DNA from: Selaginella moellendorffii
Lineage: Eukaryota > Plantae > Lycopodiophyta
Assembly (NCBI RefSeq): GCF_000143415.4
Contig: NW_003314261.1
Coordinates: forward strand, 4,315,141 to 4,379,140
Reading direction: 5' to 3'
DNA length: 64,000 nt
Part shown: positions 58,368 to 64,000 of the stretch, in pieces
Layout of the letters: each line of letters opens with the position of its first letter
Position numbering within the stretch: position 1 is the stretch's first letter
Program-made: the position numbers and the translations under genes
The notes under the pieces: model-generated
Database searches by the model: none
What the model was told of the DNA's origin: nothing
Seen by the model: the letters and a program-made list of their open reading frames with translations, nothing else

Positions 58368-61327
58368 GGACCGAGGAAACCGCGATTTTTAAACTTCTTT
58401 CTTTCCAGTCAAACACAGTTAACTGAAAGTCAAAGAAATTGCGGTGACTAGCTTCTATCCAGAGAAAGTTATGTCACCCATCTCAGTTGTGCGAATCCAT
58501 ATTCTATTTAGAATTTCGATACTTAGAGCTCAGCCTTCTTTGGATGATGTTTGATACAAGACGTCTGAACGTCCTGGACCTGTCGCAATATTAACAATGC
58601 TTTCTGTCCATTTATAAAAGGAGATTCTATGCTGGCTTGCATTTATAGAGATCCCAATTGCAAGTCTCAAGTAAAGCGCTCTAACCATATAAATTGGGTT
58701 CCCCTAATTTAGCTTGGACCAAATTTCTTCATGTTTTCTCTTGTCTTGTTGAAAACAGTGAAGATCTCTTCACTGCCTTAACTATATAGTGTATGTGAGC
58801 AGCCTATGATCCTTCGAAAGTTTGAAGATGTGTGGCCTGCTGTTGACATCGATCAGAATTTGGATCATCTGGATTGCACCCCAAAACCTGGATTTCCACT
58901 TTGGCTTTCGGGAAAATGCTAAAGTCTGAAGCAGTGGGGCAGCCTAGCAACAGCTCCAGGATCCACATCAAGATTTATATTCACGTGAAGTAACTTGCAA
59001 TGTTGCAACTGACTCAACTTTGTTGCCTTTTAACTTGATCACATACTTCCAGTGCTACTTGTGATGGGGCATAGGCTAGGTACCACTTAAACAGTCGGTG
59101 AATCTTCCAACTTAGGAGCCTTGAAACACAGCCAAGCCCCTTGATATATATGAGATACCTTTGAGAGGGATCGAACCTTGGACTCTTATGGAAATTAGGT
59201 CCCAGCAAGGTATCCTGACGTGGGTTTGATGATGCAAAGGATTTGCCTGCTTGTCGCTCTTAAACATTTCCGATGCAGCAACAGAAAAACGGAGGCTGAA
59301 GACCAATGCGGGGACTTGGCTGCCATTGATCGGGTGACACAAGAGACAGCCTTGCTGGTGTCTGACTGTATTCCACGCAGCAGCTTCAGAGAGAAGGCAC
59401 TGAGGCAGTTTTCAGATTATGACTAAAAGGGCACCACCACCACAGCTTCCACTTTGGAAAATCTAGATTGAAGCAGCACAAAGTGCTGGTGGATGCCTAT
59501 CTTGCACTGAGGGTGTGTAAACCTACACATTGCCGCCCACCCTTGGGTTTGAACGCCACCACCATGATTCCAAAGTGTTCAGATATATTGCTGAAAAAAA
59601 AAGTAAACTCTTTGAACAAGAACCTCATGGTTTTGACCACATTTCCCATTGACAGAGTTGTGAATCTGAATCCATTGCCAGGTCAAAACTCCTACACTCT
59701 ACACTAGAACTTACATATATACATTGTAGACCCCTTACCTGTATATAAATAAGCCTATTGACCAGTGGACTCTCATGTAACATAATACACCACCAAGCTA
59801 AATTCCCCCCCTCTAATAGGAAGGAAAGAGGGGCTGCCTCCCTCCCTTTCTTAAAGTCGTGATGCTGCAATCTCCATTCTTGCTCATCTGTGTTCAGCGT
59901 TTCGATCTTGTTCTTCCTCAAAACCCAGGACATTTCTTAGATAAATTTTCCCAAAGTCATTCTTCATCTTGCAGGAAGCACCTGTCTCAGCTGTTCCATT
60001 CTGTGACTTACTACTTCGTTGAGTCCTGGGGTACTCGCCTGACGAGGGGGTTTGTGGTAGCCAACAGCGAGATGAATGCTGCAAAGAAGCCACCTGCCTG
60101 TATGCTGATCAGTGCTGTGGAGAGGTATGATGACCAGCTGAATGTTTCTCATCACAGGAAGTGCTTCGATTTGGAGCCTGTTGCGGCAGAAGAGCAGCAG
60201 CTACCTTGCTGTGCAGAGTCTCTCAAGTTATAATTCATCTACACAATGTGTCACAACCAGCAAAGCAGAATCCTTTTTGGGTTACTGATTTAATATAGTT
60301 ATATAACTTAAACAAATCATACTTAGGGAAAGAGTTTTACTTGGTTGAGTTCGGAGTTCTTGACAAATTCTAGAAACATTTGGATGTTTGATGATCTGAA
60401 ACCAAAATCTACTTAAATTGAAATGATTTCAGCTGATGCAAGTTGTTCACTACCTCCATTGCCATCTCAACTCTAGAATGTTGGCAATGCCATAGAGGCT
60501 TCTAGTGAATCCTTTGCTGAATCCACTATAGATCCCACTATCTTTGCCTTTGATTAATGCTACAATATAGTATATTTTCCATCACTTGATTCACACACTC
60601 AGTTTACCCATCCATTTGAGGATGATTGCCACTCGAGAGTTTCAAAGTCACTTGCATAGCCTTCGCAAATTTCTTCTAAAATCCACTTATGAACTTTGAA
60701 TCTCGATCACTAATGATGTCCTTCGGCAAATTAAAATCAGGAAAAACCTTCTCCAAGTAGATTACAGCCAAGATTGGGGTAGTGACAGTTTTTTGAATAG
60801 CCAACAATCGCACATACTTCGTCAATTAATCTACTATGACACATATTTGCTCCTTTTGCATCTGTGTTCGTGGTAATGAAGTCCATAGAGATATTACATC
60901 AACGGCTCTGAGGAATAAGTAAAGGTTGCAAAAGTCCCCCCGGCTTCTCCTGTGGCACCTTAACCCACTGACAAAGCTCATATGATTTACAATACCCAAG
61001 GATATCAACTTTCATATTCCTTTAATAAAAATTGCGCTTAATCAACTCATATATCTTCTTCCCCCAAAATGACCGGCCTTCAGATGATTATGATAGTGGA
61101 ATAAAACTTGAGTAATTAACGCATCCACCCATGGCAAATATACACAGCCATTGTAATAAAGAATCCCATCCACCAATGAGAAAGGGGCTTTTATCTGGTC
61201 TCGCAAAGAGGCCACCTCAACATCCTAAGCTTGAGCATGCTCAGCCAACTACCCAAACTTGTTGACCACTTTACTCAAATGATGACAAAATCATGTTTAT
61301 AACGCCGTCACATGATGAACATGAGAT

Positions 61328-63041
61328 TGTGAGACACAAAATCCCTAAGCCCCAAAGTGGAGCCGGAAGGGTGCCATGTGTTGGTGGCCGAAGCGAAAAC
61401 CAAACGAGCGTAAAACATTTGGACTAAAATGCTCCGACTTGAAAAGGTCAAGAGTGGGAGTGGAACTCCTAATGAAGTGCTTGAGGAATGAGCACAAAGC
61501 GAGCAATAAGCAAAGCTCCAAAAAGGGACCCGAGATGGACCCGAGATACACCCGAGATGGACCCGAGATGGAGTCTGAGATGGAGTCCGAGATGGACCCG
61601 AGATGGAGTCCGAGATGGAGTCCGAGATGGACCCGAGATAGAGTCCGAGATGGACCCGAGATGGAGTCCGAGATAGACCCGAGATGGAGTCCGAAATGGA
61701 CCCGAGATGGAGTCCGAGATAGACCCGAGATGGACCCGAGATGGAGTCCGAGATGGACCCGAGATGGAGTCTGAGATGGAGTCCGAGATGGACCCGAGAT
61801 GGAGTCCGAGATGGAGTCCGAGATGGACCCAGAGATGGAGTCTGAGATGGAGTCAGAGATGGAGTCCGAGATGGAGACCGAGATCGAGTCCGAGGCCGAG
61901 ACCGAGACTGAGACCGAGTCCGGGTCCAAAACCGGGCCCGAGACCGATTCCGAGTCCGAGTTCGAGCCTGAGTCCGAGTTCGAATCCTAAAATAGGTAGT
62001 TGGGTAGTTGGGGGAAAGCCCAAAGCGATTTTCCCCCAGGGGGGGGGGGGGGGGGGGGCTACGGGGGGTTCCAAAAGTATAGTAGGGAGAGTGTGGGGGT
62101 TGGAGCCTAGTGGAGCTAGTTTGGCCAGGAAGGGCTAGTTTGGCCTAGGAAAGGCCAATTTGGCCCAGGAAGGCCATACCTAGTGTTGGGTGATGAATTA
62201 ACCACTGGGAAGTCCAAGACTAGAGTGAATACGAACCGACAAGCGGGGTAACTTGGTGAAGTGTTCAAGAGTTAGTTCTAGTTCCCCCGAGAGATCGACT
62301 GGCCGATGCTCCCAATCCAAGTGTGGGTGGCACTACCTACTTGGATACCTAGTGTGGCTCAACGGAACCTCGCTCTAAGCCCATGGCTAGAGCACCCAAA
62401 GGCGGAAGGCGGGGAGAGTACCCATGAGGCCGCGTAGGGCCACGGTGTTCCGAAATGTTGTCCCAAAGGTCTAGACTGTGGAAAGGAAGAGGAGTAGTCC
62501 TCTGGTGTAGTGACCAAAGATACAGTCAAGTGGTGAGAAAGTCCCAGAGGACCATGGGATTTAGTGGTCGGGCCTGTGGGCCTCAATCCAGTGGCAGTGT
62601 TGGCGAACACGGCCATGGGCAGAAAGGGACTTGGTGAAGACCGGAAAAGGGATATTGGGGAAGGTTATTCCCCATGTTTGTGGGCATCCTAAGGATGCTA
62701 AGGAGTGGATTTGGAATGATCACTCATGGACAGATGGTCCAGTCCTTGAGAGATGGGACTGTGATGCAGGTGGTGTTAGACCACCGGTGTGACCAAGGTA
62801 AAGGGGCATGGCCTTAGCGTAACAGGCTGATATGTCGGTGGTACCTTGGGGTGTCGGTCTTAGGATTGGACACGTGGAGCACTTGGATTAAGTGCAAAGG
62901 TTGAGTGGCGGGGATGCCATTTTTGGGACTAGCAAGCCCAAGTTTGAAATAAGACTTATGGAGGTTGTGAGTGAGACTCCTCCAAGTGGTTGGAGGTGTG
63001 GTTAAGTGACTAAACTAGAATGGAAAATTTAGTCGCTTACA
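61328..63041 (+). mobile_element. 5' LTR of a family A element
   Basis: TGTGAGACAC...CGCTTACA; PBS TGGTATCGAAGC 63045-63056. Confidence 0.92.
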
Positions 63042-64000
63042 ACTTGGTATCGAAGCTGTTCCTTAGTCCAACTTTTATTGGTGCTCAAGTATATCACCAC
63101 GAGTGTTGGCATTGGAAGGTCTTAGGAGTGGGCCTATCCTTGAGGAGTAGCAGGTCAGGAAGACATAGCTCTCCACTATAGTTCATGTGTGAACTTGTAG
63201 GCGAGATGGTGGATAGAAAAGGGTCAATAATGGAACGACTTTGGGATCTTGGGAACAGTATAAGGGTTTCCTCAGAGGGTTGAGGATGTGATCCAAATGA
63301 GTGTTTGACTTAGCAAACTGGCTGATGTAGTTGTGGTAAACAACTACAATTGGGATCATGGGAAAGATGCAGACTCCAAAACAATAAAGGAGTCACAAGA
63401 TTACCCTTATATGGTTGAGGCTGGTACTCATAAATTTGAGACTGAAATTGTTGACTGTGGGATGTCAAATACAGAAGAGGACACCAGTCCTTGAAATGGT
63501 AGCCGGGGCTACCTCTAATAAATGCTGGAACAACCCAAGGAGTTGGGGGTGTACTTAAAGATGAGTTGCTATTCTCATCACATGGACAAGTAGTCATAAG
63601 AGGCAAAGGTTAGCCCCAAGAAAATCATCAAGTGTCAGAGTAACACTTGCAAAGATTGTCCTTGGGAGTAAAACATGAATACAAGAAGTTGTATTCTAGA
63701 GAGTTGGCACCTCTAAGACTGAGACCTCATAGGTTCTTGGATTAGCAAAGTCCAAAATGCTGGATGACTCAAGCGAAGTCAGGGAATGGTCCTAAGGGAT
63801 TAGTTGGAGCATTTGGACTGAGGGGTATAGTGCCTCATGAGGTATGGGGAGGATCATAAGATCCAAGTATGAGAACAGTAGGTATCTCATTGATGGCAGA
63901 ATGTGCCATACTAAAGTTGTGGGAAAGGATGTTCCCAGGAAGGAAAGCAAACTTGTGGCCCAGGAGATTGGGTGCAAACACTAGTAAAGGTGTTCCCAAA
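63042..64000 (+). mobile_element. Degenerate family A internal region, running off the window
   Basis: Collinear with 5320-6280. Confidence 0.85.

Noticed and set aside
61526-61987. CRISPR-like array
   Set aside because: Contiguous short units without unique spacers, in eukaryotic LTR context.

Overview
Eukaryotic land-plant nuclear DNA. The ~50-100 nt introns, 40-200 bp intergenic gaps and intronless PLS-PPR genes built of tandem 31-aa S motifs point to a compact lycophyte genome such as Selaginella (inference, not verified). 1-19.3 kb is a nest of decayed Ty3/Gypsy LTR retrotransposons from three LTR families, here called A, B and C, one of them a chromovirus. 19.4-58.4 kb is a dense gene island: BIR-like LRR pseudokinase, GIY-YIG nuclease, RWP-RK factor, GH17 glucanase, M1 aminopeptidase, plastid pyrophosphatase, tRNA-Lys(CTT), ARID-HMG, PWWP protein, cytidine deaminase, four PPR genes, GT8, an intronless 2OG-Fe(II) oxygenase of microbial type, PHT4, an unknown conserved protein, USP, a GDSL pseudogene, SECE2-like and SAUR. 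From 58.4 kb the sequence is decayed again, with another family-A element from 61,328. Most notable: a family-C LTR pair in inverted orientation, with a PPT abutting one copy and a PBS abutting the same end of the other; an LTR that captured an intron-containing host GUX/PGSIP-like fragment; a candidate horizontally acquired 889-aa dioxygenase; PPRs lacking both presequence and DYW domain within very tight co-directional gene chains; a SAUR with no in-frame ATG that could be spliced to a truncated PPR; and a GDSL gene broken by a microhomology-bounded inversion. All homology calls come from motif recognition by eye; no search was run.
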